DNA of 64,000 bases from Promethearchaeati archaeon. GTDB taxonomy: Archaea > Asgardarchaeota > Heimdallarchaeia > JABLTI01. Positions 38,284 through 48,246 of the stretch are shown piece after piece (position 1 is the first letter of the stretch; every line of letters begins with the position of its first letter). The notes beneath the pieces are model-generated. The model searched no databases. It saw only the letters and a program-made list of their open reading frames with translations, and was not told the DNA's origin. Both the position numbers and the translations under genes were made by a program. The stretch is taken from NCBI GenBank assembly GCA_013166835.1, contig JABLTI010000002.1, positions 22,911 to 86,910 on the forward strand, given 5' to 3'.

Positions 38284-39447
38284 TTGAGCGAAAAAAGTAA
38301 TAGTGGTCGTCGAAGAAAACAGAAAAAAAGAGTGGGTATTCCACGTGGTCTACTTTACTATTACTTTGATACTATGTGGGAAAGCTTTTTTGGAGCTTTA
38401 GGAGCAGAAGTGGTTCTTTCATCTGAATCAAATAAGAAGATAAAAGATACTGGTGTGCTGGAAACTCTTGATGATGAATGCTATTCTACCAAGCTATATC
38501 ATGGTCACGTTTTAGATTTAGTAGATGAAGAGCTTGATTACTTGTTTGTTCCTAGATTTGCAAGTCGTAATAAGCAAGAAGTGGGTTGCCCGAAATTTGT
38601 TGCTCTCGCTGATGTTCTCCAACATACCAAGGAGAATCTTCCACCAATCATTGGACCTTATTATAGTACTTCTCGAGAAAAACATGGTTTTTGGCGTCTC
38701 GTCAGAATAATCTTCGAGATTGGATTTAAATTCACAAAAAATCCTCTACGTATAATCTATGCTGCTCTTAAATCTCTGAGAGATCATAGAAAATCAAAGA
38801 AAGAACTCGTAAAAAGTGAATATATTCTGAAGAAATGGGAACGATCAGAAATTTTACTGAATGATCCTCCTTTGAATACTAACGGAGATGAAATACTGAA
38901 GGTAGCACTTGTCGGCCATTCCTATGTTATTAACGATAGTTTTGCTTCTCTAGGTGTTCGTAAAAAACTTCAAGAACTGGGGATTGACATTGTAACCTCT
39001 GAACAAATGCCAAGAAATCTCATTAAGAGACAGCTCCTTCGATTATCCATGAGAAATTATGGCTTAGAGTTTCCTGAACCAGAAAAACTTCCTAAAAAAG
39101 AATTACAGAAGCAATTTGTTGGAAGGAATGATTATCTTTACTTTGAATTTGAACACGAAATAGTTGGAACAGCAATGCATTTCCTCGAGACAAACTCGAT
39201 AGATGGGATATTAATGCTTGTTAATTTCATCTGTGGTCCAGTCTCAGTCACAACAGAATATGCAAAACAATTTGCTAAGAAAATAAAGGCAGAAACCCCA
39301 CTAGCCATACTTACACTTGATGCTCATACTGGTGAAGCAGGTTTCCAAACTAGATTAGAAGCATTTAGCGATATTCTTAGAATGAAGAAAAGTACCGGCA
39401 CACTCTCTGAATCTGTAAAGGAGAAATCTGAATTTATAATATTTTGA
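38284..39447 (+). CDS. Acyl-CoA dehydratase activase-related protein (DUF2229-like Fe-S subunit)
   Basis: VGIPRGLLYY, DECYSTKLYHGHV, CPKF, GHSY, FICGP, DAHTGEAGFQTRLEAF.D. Confidence 0.85.
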   Translation: MSEKSNSGRRRKQKKRVGIPRGLLYYYFDTMWESFFGALGAEVVLSSESNKKIKDTGVLETLDDECYSTKLYHGHVLDLVDEELDYLFVPRFASRNKQEVGCPKFVALADVLQHTKENLPPIIGPYYSTSREKHGFWRLVRIIFEIGFKFTKNPLRIIYAALKSLRDHRKSKKELVKSEYILKKWERSEILLNDPPLNTNGDEILKVALVGHSYVINDSFASLGVRKKLQELGIDIVTSEQMPRNLIKRQLLRLSMRNYGLEFPEPEKLPKKELQKQFVGRNDYLYFEFEHEIVGTAMHFLETNSIDGILMLVNFICGPVSVTTEYAKQFAKKIKAETPLAILTLDAHTGEAGFQTRLEAFSDILRMKKSTGTLSESVKEKSEFIIF

Positions 39448-39464
39448 AGGAGTAGAAAGAAAAT

Positions 39465-40607
39465 ATGTCTATAGTTACTTACCCCCATTTTGGTCCTCTA
39501 ACAAGACTCTTTAAAGCGGTTTTTCAAGTATTAGAAGTTCCAGAAGAACGAATTGTTGCTCCTTCAGTTCCTAACAAACGAACTCTCGATATTGGATCAG
39601 AGCATTCTCCTGAATGGATGTGCACTCCCTTCAAATTAAGTTTAGGTTCACTCATTGAAAGCTTGGAAAGAGGGGCTAATCATGCTTTTCAGATTGGAGG
39701 AATCGGAACTTGTCGTGCAAGTTGTTATGGTCCAGTTCAAAGAGTAATAATCGAAGATCTTGGTTTTAGTGCTAAGTTTTCTAATATTGATTATCATTTA
39801 CCCATTGACATGTTAAAGGATTTCAAATCGGTTAGTAATGGTTTTACTTTTTTGCAAACAGTAGCAGCTATCCGTAAGATTTGGGTGAAAAATTATTCTC
39901 TTGACTTAACCGAGAATTTGATTAATTTTTATCGAGGAGTAGAAATAGAGAAAGGGCAGACAGATAAGGTTGCTAGTGAAGTATATGATAAATTATTCGA
40001 TATTCATCGTGTTCGAGAAATTAAGAAATACCACAAAGAAATACCAAAAATCTTTAAAGAGAAAATTCCAATTGATGAAGATGCCGATCCCTTGAAAATC
40101 GGTGTTATCGGTGAAATCTACGTTGTTCTAGAACCAATGCTTCACTTGGATTTGTATCGACGATTGAATGATTTGGGAGTCATTTGTCGAAATACTGTTT
40201 CATTAAAGAAATTCACAGATATCCCTGCGAAGTTTAATCCATTTGTTAAAGAATACTATAAAGTTTATAGAGAAAAAGCACGGCCCTATATTCAACAATA
40301 CTGTGGTGGGGATGGACAGGAAAGCATCGGAGCAACAATCTTGTTACGGGAATTAGGTTGGGATGGAATGGTCCATATTTGGCCATTCAGTTGTATGCCT
40401 GAATTAAGTGCTCAAACTGTCATTCCTGTTGTTTCACATGATACTGGAATGCCTGTTCTTCCAATGGTTGTAGATGAACAAACAGGTGAAACAGGATATC
40501 AAACAAGATTAGAAGCATTTGTTGATATGTTAAAAATAAAACGCGAAAAAGAACGAGCTGGAAAACCACCAGAAAAAATATCTTGGGAGAAATTTAATTA
40601 TGACTAA
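39465..40607 (+). CDS. Acyl-CoA dehydratase activase-related / 2-hydroxyacyl-CoA dehydratase-like subunit
   Basis: SPEWMCTPFK, GTCRASCY, IGVIGEIY, PFSCMPE, DEQTGETGYQTRLEAFVD. Confidence 0.85.
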   Translation: MSIVTYPHFGPLTRLFKAVFQVLEVPEERIVAPSVPNKRTLDIGSEHSPEWMCTPFKLSLGSLIESLERGANHAFQIGGIGTCRASCYGPVQRVIIEDLGFSAKFSNIDYHLPIDMLKDFKSVSNGFTFLQTVAAIRKIWVKNYSLDLTENLINFYRGVEIEKGQTDKVASEVYDKLFDIHRVREIKKYHKEIPKIFKEKIPIDEDADPLKIGVIGEIYVVLEPMLHLDLYRRLNDLGVICRNTVSLKKFTDIPAKFNPFVKEYYKVYREKARPYIQQYCGGDGQESIGATILLRELGWDGMVHIWPFSCMPELSAQTVIPVVSHDTGMPVLPMVVDEQTGETGYQTRLEAFVDMLKIKREKERAGKPPEKISWEKFNYD

Positions 40608-41694
40608 AAATTGTAATTGTCCAACTGAACCAGAATTAGTTATCACTGAATCCCCTACTGGCGAGGAATTAATTGAAAATATCGAAGAAGAACTCTCAGT
40701 AAAAGATGAATCTGAGAAGTTCTATTTAGGAGTAGATGTGGGTTCTATAAGTACAAATCTTGCAATTATTGATGGGCAGAAGAGGCTAATTAAGTCTGTT
40801 TACATTCGTACAGAAGGACGACCAATACAATCAATTCAAAAAGGAGTTACTCTCTTAAAAGAGATGGTTGGCGAGGATTTTCAAATCGTTGGCGTAGGTG
40901 CAACTGGAAGTGCAAGGCAATTAACAGGATTATTAGTCGGTGCTGATGTAGTAAGAAACGAGATTACTGCTCATTCACTTGCTTCTCTCCATGAGAATTC
41001 TGAAATACAAACAATTATGGAGATCGGAGGACAGGATAGTAAAATCATACTAATTAGAAATGGTGTTCCTGTCGATTTTGCCATGAATACTGTTTGTGCA
41101 GCAGGAACAGGTTCATTTCTGGATCAACAAGCAAATCGTCTTGAAATACCAATCGAGGATTTTGGAGGATTAGCAAGTAAATCAGATAACGCTGTTGCTA
41201 TTGCAGGGCGTTGCACAGTTTTTGCAGAATCAGATATGATCCACAAGCAACAACTTGGTCATCCAGTTGAAGATATTATTCGTGGATTGAGTGAAGCATT
41301 AGTACGCAATTATTTGAATAATGTTGGAAAAGGAAAGGATATTCGTGGTCCGATTATGTTTCAAGGTGGAGTTGCAGCTAACATTGGTATAAGGGATGCC
41401 TTCAGACGATCTCTCATAAAATCAGGAAAGATAAGCCATAAAGATGAATTAATCGTTCCTGAAAACTTTTTTGTTATGGGAGCTATTGGTGCTGCTATTC
41501 TCGCATTGAATAAAATGGTTAAAAATCCTGAAGCAAAAACGAAATTCGTTGGTTGGCAAATTCCAGATATTCAATATAAAACAAAGGGATTTGAGTGCAA
41601 AGATTGTCCAAATATCTGTGAAATAATTGAGGTTTATATGGACGAAGAAGTAATCGCTCGATGGGGTAGTAAATGTGGGAAAAGGGATCTCTAA
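40600..41694 (+). CDS. CoA-substrate-specific enzyme activase (BadF/BcrA/BcrD ASKHA ATPase)
   Basis: LGVDVGSIST, EIGGQDSK, MNTVCAAGTGSFL, RCTVFAESD, FQGGVA.N, C-terminal CKDCPNIC...C. Confidence 0.93.
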   Translation: MTKNCNCPTEPELVITESPTGEELIENIEEELSVKDESEKFYLGVDVGSISTNLAIIDGQKRLIKSVYIRTEGRPIQSIQKGVTLLKEMVGEDFQIVGVGATGSARQLTGLLVGADVVRNEITAHSLASLHENSEIQTIMEIGGQDSKIILIRNGVPVDFAMNTVCAAGTGSFLDQQANRLEIPIEDFGGLASKSDNAVAIAGRCTVFAESDMIHKQQLGHPVEDIIRGLSEALVRNYLNNVGKGKDIRGPIMFQGGVAANIGIRDAFRRSLIKSGKISHKDELIVPENFFVMGAIGAAILALNKMVKNPEAKTKFVGWQIPDIQYKTKGFECKDCPNICEIIEVYMDEEVIARWGSKCGKRDL

Positions 41695-41732
41695 CAGTTC
41701 TGATTTTTAATTGATAATTTGGAGATATTTTC

Positions 41733-42365
41733 ATGAAAAATAATCTAAAAAAGGAAAATCATCATATTGAACTTTCAGAACCAGGACCAATGCTTCCACC
41801 TGTTCCTGCGATAATTCTAGGAGTAAAAGGTGATGAGAAAACAAAGGATGATTTAACTTGTGTATGGACCTTTGTTCTTGAAGGAACACCTCCTCAAGTT
41901 GGTATAAGCGTCGGTAAAAAAAGTGCTATTTCAGGTCACTACCAAGTTGCTTTAGATCTAATAAACAAACATGGTGAATTCACATTAAATGTACCTGATG
42001 CTTCATGGGTAGAAGCTTTTGATATAATTGATATGTGTGCGTCAGAACGAGATGATAAATTTGCTCGAGCTGGGTTAACTCGAGTGCAATCTAAAAAGAT
42101 TAATGCACCTGGCATTGCCGAAGCTCCAATAATCTTGGAATGTCGAGTTATATCCTCTCATGATCTACTGCCTAAACGAACAGTTTTCTTTGCAGAGGTT
42201 CTTCGTACCATAGTTCATCCTGGAGTAACAGATGATGAAGGGCGATTGATTCCGGAATCCAAACCATTTTTTGGGATGCTTGCTGGCTGTGGGGAATTTT
42301 GGACCTTCAAAGAAAAAGTTGGGCATATTGGCCAAACAAAGGGAATTGAACACATAAGATACTGA
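41733..42365 (+). CDS. Flavin reductase-like FMN-binding protein
   Basis: PVPA, GEFTLNVP, DKF..AGLT, I.EAPIILECRV. Confidence 0.88.
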   Translation: MKNNLKKENHHIELSEPGPMLPPVPAIILGVKGDEKTKDDLTCVWTFVLEGTPPQVGISVGKKSAISGHYQVALDLINKHGEFTLNVPDASWVEAFDIIDMCASERDDKFARAGLTRVQSKKINAPGIAEAPIILECRVISSHDLLPKRTVFFAEVLRTIVHPGVTDDEGRLIPESKPFFGMLAGCGEFWTFKEKVGHIGQTKGIEHIRY

Positions 42366-42369
42366 AGGC

Positions 42370-42816
42370 TTACACATTAGGCTTAATCTTTCTCTTAATC
42401 TTCATTAATTTCTTTAGATCATCAATTAGGATAGAATCTTCTACCGTGAAAAACATCCAACGACCATCATGCAGCTGTTTGGTATTATCGAATTTATTTA
42501 ATACGAACTCACTAAAATCATCTCTTGCTGCTTGAAACTTCTCTACTTCTTTCTTACCAAAAATAATCTGGGTGGTAAAGCAATCTTTTGATGGGTAAAG
42601 TGCACACCAGGTTTTATTGCTCTTGCGAAAACGAATCGCCCAACCCCATTTCTTACCATAATTCCTCTTTTCAGGTACGAAATCGTAATTGTCATTAAGA
42701 AAGGCAGTAATCTCCTTCCAAGCATCTCCTGCTTTTCCAACGAACGCTAGTATTTCGTTATCTGTTGGTTCTTTCTCTGATATCAACCTAATTGGATCTG
42801 ATTCTTCATCAGACAT
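42370..42816 (-). CDS. DUF3788-like protein
   Basis: YGKKWGW..RFRKS.KT.C.LYP and HDGRW motifs. Confidence 0.75.
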   Translation of the reverse strand: MSDEESDPIRLISEKEPTDNEILAFVGKAGDAWKEITAFLNDNYDFVPEKRNYGKKWGWAIRFRKSNKTWCALYPSKDCFTTQIIFGKKEVEKFQAARDDFSEFVLNKFDNTKQLHDGRWMFFTVEDSILIDDLKKLMKIKRKIKPNV

Positions 42817-42834
42817 AATTTCTCACCTATTTTA

Positions 42835-43353
42835 TCATTCTCTAATTAAGTATGGATTTAGATGCTTTAAATCCTCATTTTTTTTATCGAAAATTTCACG
42901 GTCTCTCTCTGTAGTTTCTACGACAGCAAGTGTGCATTTATCATCGCCACAAGCTTCACATGTTTTGTGAATTATTTTCTGTGAAGGATCTGCAGCCATA
43001 CTCTTAGCGGGATCAACATAACAATACAGTGCCCCTAATTCCAATTCATCATATTCTTTGAATACTTTTGCAAGTGTGCATCCTCTGACGATGTATTCTC
43101 CCTTATCATTTTGAAAGACTTCTTTATGAACGCCAAATCTTGGTAAGTCCCTAGCTCCTTTAGCTGTATTCTCACCGATTCTTGTACCATATTCAGCAAT
43201 TGCTTTTATAATGAGTTCTTTTCCCTTCTTTTTACCAAATTCATCAATCAAGACTTTAGCATAAGATAAATGCATTAATGCTAATCTCTTAATAGCAATT
43301 TCTACTTCTAAGGCTGCTTCATCTATAGAAATGGTTTTGCTTTCTTCACTCAC
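42835..43353 (-). CDS. L-2-amino-thiazoline-4-carboxylic acid hydrolase-like (HNOX/V4R-like) protein
   Basis: C.LA..FKE...LG.LYCYVDPAK and GDD.C motifs. Confidence 0.75.
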   Translation of the reverse strand: MSEESKTISIDEAALEVEIAIKRLALMHLSYAKVLIDEFGKKKGKELIIKAIAEYGTRIGENTAKGARDLPRFGVHKEVFQNDKGEYIVRGCTLAKVFKEYDELELGALYCYVDPAKSMAADPSQKIIHKTCEACGDDKCTLAVVETTERDREIFDKKNEDLKHLNPYLIRE

Positions 43354-43432
43354 TTTGAGTTCACCAGTTTCTAGATGTCTGTATCAACCTATATTTTTTT
43401 TCAACAAAAAGAATAAGAGGTAACAAACGATA

Positions 43433-44425
43433 TTGATTTCAGAAACAATATGCTTGGATTTGACTGAAATGACCAAGATAGTTGACCTTCAAGAAATAAA
43501 AGAAATATTAAGAAACATAGATCCAATTCAAGAAATAGAGGATGGTTTTGTTGCATTCTCTCAAGGGAACGTTGTGGTTCCTCCAGTAGGTGAGATGATT
43601 TTTGAAGATCCTCCCGGGGAAGCTCACATAAAATATGGTTTCATTAAAAATGATGATTTTTATGTTATTAAAATCGCATCAGGTTTCTATAATAATCCAA
43701 AAATAGGTCTTCCAAGTTATGACGGATTAATGCTTCTTTTCAATCAAAAAACAGGTGAACTAATTTCGGTATTACTTGATGAAGGACATTTAACTAATGT
43801 AAGAACAGCTGCTGCAGGGGCAGTTGTTGCAAAGTATTTAGCACCCAAAAAAGTGACTCGAATTGGAATTTTTGGTGCAGGCGTTCAAGGAAGAATGCAG
43901 CTGGAATATCTCAAAGGGATTATCGATTGTAATGACGTTATAGTTTGGGGTATTGATCAGCAAGAGTTAGAAGATTACAAAAAGGAAATGGAGAAACAAG
44001 ATTACAAAATAGAAACAACAATGCAATCAAAGGATATTACCTCATCCTGTAATTTCATTGTAACGTGTACTCCTTCAAGAAAACCTTTGATCCATGTTGA
44101 TCAAATTGAAAAAGGAACACATATTACCGCAATGGGTTCGGACACTCCGGAAAAACAGGAGCTAGATGCTGCAATTCTAGGAAAAGCAAATCGAGTAGTA
44201 GTTGATAGTATAGATCAAGTTCAGAGTCGGGGAGAAAGCTATCATGCGTTAGAGTCTGGAATAATTAAGAAAGAAGATTTAATCGAATTAGGAACAATTA
44301 TTCCAGATAAAACACTTCATAGACAATCAGATGATGAGATAACAATTGCCGATCTAACAGGAGTAGCTGTTCAAGATATTCAAATAACTAAAGCAGTCTG
44401 GAAAGGTATAGCACCTACCGAGTAA
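43433..44425 (+). CDS. Ornithine cyclodeaminase/mu-crystallin family protein
   Basis: LTNVRTAAAG, GAGVQG, GSDTPEKQEL, DLTGVAVQD. Confidence 0.93.
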   Translation: MISETICLDLTEMTKIVDLQEIKEILRNIDPIQEIEDGFVAFSQGNVVVPPVGEMIFEDPPGEAHIKYGFIKNDDFYVIKIASGFYNNPKIGLPSYDGLMLLFNQKTGELISVLLDEGHLTNVRTAAAGAVVAKYLAPKKVTRIGIFGAGVQGRMQLEYLKGIIDCNDVIVWGIDQQELEDYKKEMEKQDYKIETTMQSKDITSSCNFIVTCTPSRKPLIHVDQIEKGTHITAMGSDTPEKQELDAAILGKANRVVVDSIDQVQSRGESYHALESGIIKKEDLIELGTIIPDKTLHRQSDDEITIADLTGVAVQDIQITKAVWKGIAPTE

Positions 44426-44431
44426 AACTAG

Positions 44432-44520
44432 TGTGTCTCGGAGTAACTATGATAGGTCATCACCAGGTGCTAGCCAAGCATTGATCCTGATTCAACTTGT
44501 CAGATCTCTTCATTGACACA
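44432..44520 (-). ncRNA. Box C/D guide sRNA (predicted target: LSU rRNA helix 69)
   Basis: Terminal stem TGTGTC/GACACA, box C ATGAAGA, box C' GTGATGA, box D variant CCGA; D-guide TCATAGTTACT is complementary to (A)GUAACUAUGA of helix 69. Confidence 0.7.
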
Positions 44521-44681
44521 AATAACAATCTCTGTTCTTCCATCAAAAATCTTTCCAATAATATAGTTTTGATTTATAGAATGAATTAACTTTGACATAG
44601 AACTTTAGTTTATTCACAAACAATTTATAATAAGAAAGACCGTTAATATTCCTTAAGAAATTTCGTGAGATGTTTGTCTAA

Positions 44682-45320
44682 ATGCACAATAATATCTCTT
44701 CTGACTCCCGAGTAAAAATGGAAGTATCAGAGGTAATGACCTCTACTGTTTTTTCGATCTATCCGGATCAAACAGTAGAAGAAGCAGCAAAATTAATGTT
44801 GAAGAAAAAAGTGGGTTGTATTATAATACAACCAAGAAAAGGCGAGAAAACTCCCCTTGGGATCATTACTGAAAGAGATATCGTTACTCGAGTTGTTGCG
44901 ATTGGTAAAAATCCTTCAGATGTAATGGTTGATGAGATAGCAACCAAACCAGTAGTTTCTGCAAATCCATCACTTGATGTTGCAAAGGCAATGTCTATTA
45001 TGGCTAAATTGAATATTAGACGTTTAATCATTGTGGAAAATAACAACGTAGTGGGTATAGTAACTTACAGAGATTTACTGAAAATTGCACCTGGGTTACT
45101 AGAAATTGCCCTTGAATATGAAAAAATTGGTTTTGGAACAAAAACAGAAGATGATATCATAGATCTCGCAGATGAAGACTATGACAAAGATTCAGAGTTA
45201 AATTCCCCAGATTTATCTTTAGGATTTTACTGTTCCTTATGTGGAGAATGGTTTGAAGATGAACCAATTTACAACTCTGATGACCAACCTTTATGTAGTG
45301 ACTGCGACGCAACAAGATGA
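44682..45320 (+). CDS. CBS-domain pair protein with C-terminal zinc ribbon
   Basis: GIITERDIV, GIVTYRDLL; CSLC...CSDC. Confidence 0.9.
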   Translation: MHNNISSDSRVKMEVSEVMTSTVFSIYPDQTVEEAAKLMLKKKVGCIIIQPRKGEKTPLGIITERDIVTRVVAIGKNPSDVMVDEIATKPVVSANPSLDVAKAMSIMAKLNIRRLIIVENNNVVGIVTYRDLLKIAPGLLEIALEYEKIGFGTKTEDDIIDLADEDYDKDSELNSPDLSLGFYCSLCGEWFEDEPIYNSDDQPLCSDCDATR

Positions 45321-45418
45321 ATAGATGAGTTATCGCAAATCATAAAAAGTGATTAACGCTCAAAAAAATGGAGAAAAAAAAATCAGGAGATATAAAATAA
45401 TTTCTAGGAGGAAATTAT

Positions 45419-46219
45419 ATGAAAGTTTCAGAAGTAATGTCAACTGAATTTGAAACAATAGAAAAAGATCAGAGCCTATATAATGCTTTGATTCTCATGA
45501 GGAAGAAGAAAGACACCTCGAGACTAATTGTAATTCAAGGTGAAAAACCGGTAGGAATTATATCCTTCCGTGATGTAGCAAATAGATTAGGAACTTATAA
45601 AACAGAAGGAATTTCCCCTAAAAGTTTGCGTGTTTCAAGTGCAATGACTTATCCAATTTTACAAATTGATAAAAACGAGGATGTTGAAACAGCTGCCAAC
45701 ATGATGTTTGAGAACAGAGTTTCCAGCTTACTAGTCATGGAAGACGAAAAATTAATCGGAGTTATGAGAAAATTCGATCTTTTGAAAGTATATGCTACAT
45801 GCAAGAAAATAAAAGTTAAAGAACTTATGACAGAAAATCCGATCATGATAACTGCAAGTGAACGAGTCATATCTGCTCGAAACACTATGATAGAAAAGAA
45901 ATTCAGTGTTTTACCTGTTATGGAAGAAAGTACTATTGTAGGAATTATTGATGATGCTACACTTGCAGATGCATTAGCAAGATTTCGAGAGCAATTCTCA
46001 GTAAAACATCAAAAAACTAGACTCCATGAATTCTTTATAGGACAAGTTATGAAATCAGATCCTCCAATAATCGATGAAAACGCTCCTTTATGTGATCTTA
46101 TCACAGTCTTTCAAGAAACAAATTACAAAGGAGTATTTGTAGTTGATAAAGCAGAGAAACTAGTAGGAATTGTCACACTAACAGATATAACAAAAGCTAT
46201 CGTTGAAGGCAAGAAATAA
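45419..46219 (+). CDS. Four-CBS-domain protein
   Basis: Repeated V.E.M / GII..D CBS motifs. Confidence 0.9.
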   Translation: MKVSEVMSTEFETIEKDQSLYNALILMRKKKDTSRLIVIQGEKPVGIISFRDVANRLGTYKTEGISPKSLRVSSAMTYPILQIDKNEDVETAANMMFENRVSSLLVMEDEKLIGVMRKFDLLKVYATCKKIKVKELMTENPIMITASERVISARNTMIEKKFSVLPVMEESTIVGIIDDATLADALARFREQFSVKHQKTRLHEFFIGQVMKSDPPIIDENAPLCDLITVFQETNYKGVFVVDKAEKLVGIVTLTDITKAIVEGKK

Positions 46220-46302
46220 GAATGGATTAATGCAATTTATTCACTAACAAAAGTGATTTACAAAGAATAATGGCAAAGGAGAGCACTTGAGGAGTACTTT
46301 CA

Positions 46303-47667
46303 GTGACAGTTGACACCAATATAATAAATGGAAAAATTTTCACTACAGAGGGATTCTTAGAGGGTGGTATCTCCATAGAAAGGGATCGAATTATTAAAGT
46401 TGGAAAAGAACCCTCACTCCCAAAAGCCTCAACCAGAATAAATGCTAAAGGAGCTCTCATTTTACCAGGTTTAATAGACATACATGTGCATTTCAGAGAT
46501 CTCGAGCAAAAATATAAAGAAACAATGATAACTGGAACAAGATCTGCAATTGCTGGTGGAGTGACCAGTGTTCTAGATATGCCTAACAACAAACCACCAA
46601 CCAATACTGCACAACGAGTAAAAGCTAAGAAGCAAATAATTCAAGAAAAGGCTGCTGCAAATATAGGATTTTATTCTTTAATACCAGAAAACGTAAAGGA
46701 GATCATTCCGCTTTTTAAAGAAGGAATATTTGGCTTCAAGATTTATCCCGCATCACCTATTTATCCACCAAAAGAAAATCAAAAATTGCCTGAAATGTTG
46801 AAATCCCAAGCAGAATACAAAATACCCTTGATTGTGCATCCTGATAATGGTTATGCAGATAGAAATGAAAAATTGCTCTTGGAAAAAAACATGCCTGTGA
46901 TTGATGCTTTCTTAAAAGCCCATAATCAAATTGATGAAGCACAAGCATTGAAGGAGTTCATTGAATTAAGTAAAACTAGCGGAAACTCCCTGCACTGTTC
47001 TCATGTTACAGCGAAAAAAACAATTGAATTACTTGAAACAAATAAAGAAGAAACCAATCTTTCAAGTGAGATTTGTGTTCATCATCTCTTCCTAACCGAG
47101 AGTGATTTGAGAAAGATGAAAGCACAGGCAAAATGCTTGCCACCTGTAAGAACACAGATCGATCAAACAGCCTTATGGGAAGCCTTGAACAACGGATTAA
47201 CCAATGTAATAGCAACTGATCATGCACCACATTCCTATGAAGAAAAACATTGTGAATTTGAATCAGCAGCATCAGGAATACATGGATTAGAAACAATGCT
47301 TCCATTAATGTTTACCGCAGCAGCAAAAGGGAAAATAAGTTTCGAGAAATTAATACCTGCGTTAACAACAAATCCCGCTAAATTAATGGCTATGAAAAAT
47401 CGCGGAGAACTAAAGCAAGGGAATTTCGCAGATGTAGTGGTGGTTGTAAAGGAAAAAGGAAAAATAACTGCTGAGAATTTTGAATCAAAAGCAAAGTGGA
47501 CTCCATTCGACGGTAGGGAAGTCCTCTATACACCAAAATACGTGCTGGTAAATGGTTTATTATCAAAAGAAGATGATCATATAATTTCAAAGGCAAATGC
47601 TGGTAAAATCTTAGAAAGAGAGTATGATGTCAAATTACCGGACAAATTAATTGATGATGAGGAGTGA
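46303..47667 (+). CDS. pyrC: Dihydroorotase
   Basis: PGLIDIHVHFRD, GGVT.VLDMPN, PPVR, ATDHAPH, KAKWTPF.G. Confidence 0.88.
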   Translation: MTVDTNIINGKIFTTEGFLEGGISIERDRIIKVGKEPSLPKASTRINAKGALILPGLIDIHVHFRDLEQKYKETMITGTRSAIAGGVTSVLDMPNNKPPTNTAQRVKAKKQIIQEKAAANIGFYSLIPENVKEIIPLFKEGIFGFKIYPASPIYPPKENQKLPEMLKSQAEYKIPLIVHPDNGYADRNEKLLLEKNMPVIDAFLKAHNQIDEAQALKEFIELSKTSGNSLHCSHVTAKKTIELLETNKEETNLSSEICVHHLFLTESDLRKMKAQAKCLPPVRTQIDQTALWEALNNGLTNVIATDHAPHSYEEKHCEFESAASGIHGLETMLPLMFTAAAKGKISFEKLIPALTTNPAKLMAMKNRGELKQGNFADVVVVVKEKGKITAENFESKAKWTPFDGREVLYTPKYVLVNGLLSKEDDHIISKANAGKILEREYDVKLPDKLIDDEE

Positions 47668-47697
47668 ACAACCATCTCTTCGAAAAAAGATAGAGTA

Positions 47698-48198
47698 ATG
47701 AAATTCGTTGTCGATCAAATGTATCATCGATTAGCTCGATGGCTAAGAATGCTGGGATATGATGCTGTATATGACCAGGATTTTGTGGATCAAGACTTCA
47801 TACAATTAGCAAAAGATGAAAATAGAATTATCCTTACTCGAGACGAGGATTTGAAAAGAAGAGCTCAAAAACTAGGATTACAAGCGGTAACAATAGATGC
47901 CCCTACTATAGAAGAGAGACTGATAATTTTACAGAAAGAGTTAGGAGTGGAATTAGCTCTCCCAGAAAAAATCTTACCTCGCTGTACGATATGTAATTCG
48001 GAGATAAGAGTAATCGATAGTAATGAAATCCTAGACCAAATATCGGAACTAACACAATTACACTACAAAGAATTTTGGATATGCAAAAACCCAGGATGCT
48101 CACAAATATATTGGCGAGGTTCTCATTGGGAAAAAATGGGTAAAACTTTGAAAGACTGCAGAGAAATGATAGAACTCGATAAATCCACTAAAGATTAA
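47698..48198 (+). CDS. Mut7-C RNase (PIN) domain protein
   Basis: FVVDQM..RLARWLRMLGYD, ILTRD, RCTICN, C...C.QIYWRGSHW. Confidence 0.92.
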   Translation: MKFVVDQMYHRLARWLRMLGYDAVYDQDFVDQDFIQLAKDENRIILTRDEDLKRRAQKLGLQAVTIDAPTIEERLIILQKELGVELALPEKILPRCTICNSEIRVIDSNEILDQISELTQLHYKEFWICKNPGCSQIYWRGSHWEKMGKTLKDCREMIELDKSTKD

Positions 48199-48246
48199 AT
48201 AGAAATTAATCAAATTAAAGCTTAAAAAAGCAAATGTGGGAATGAA

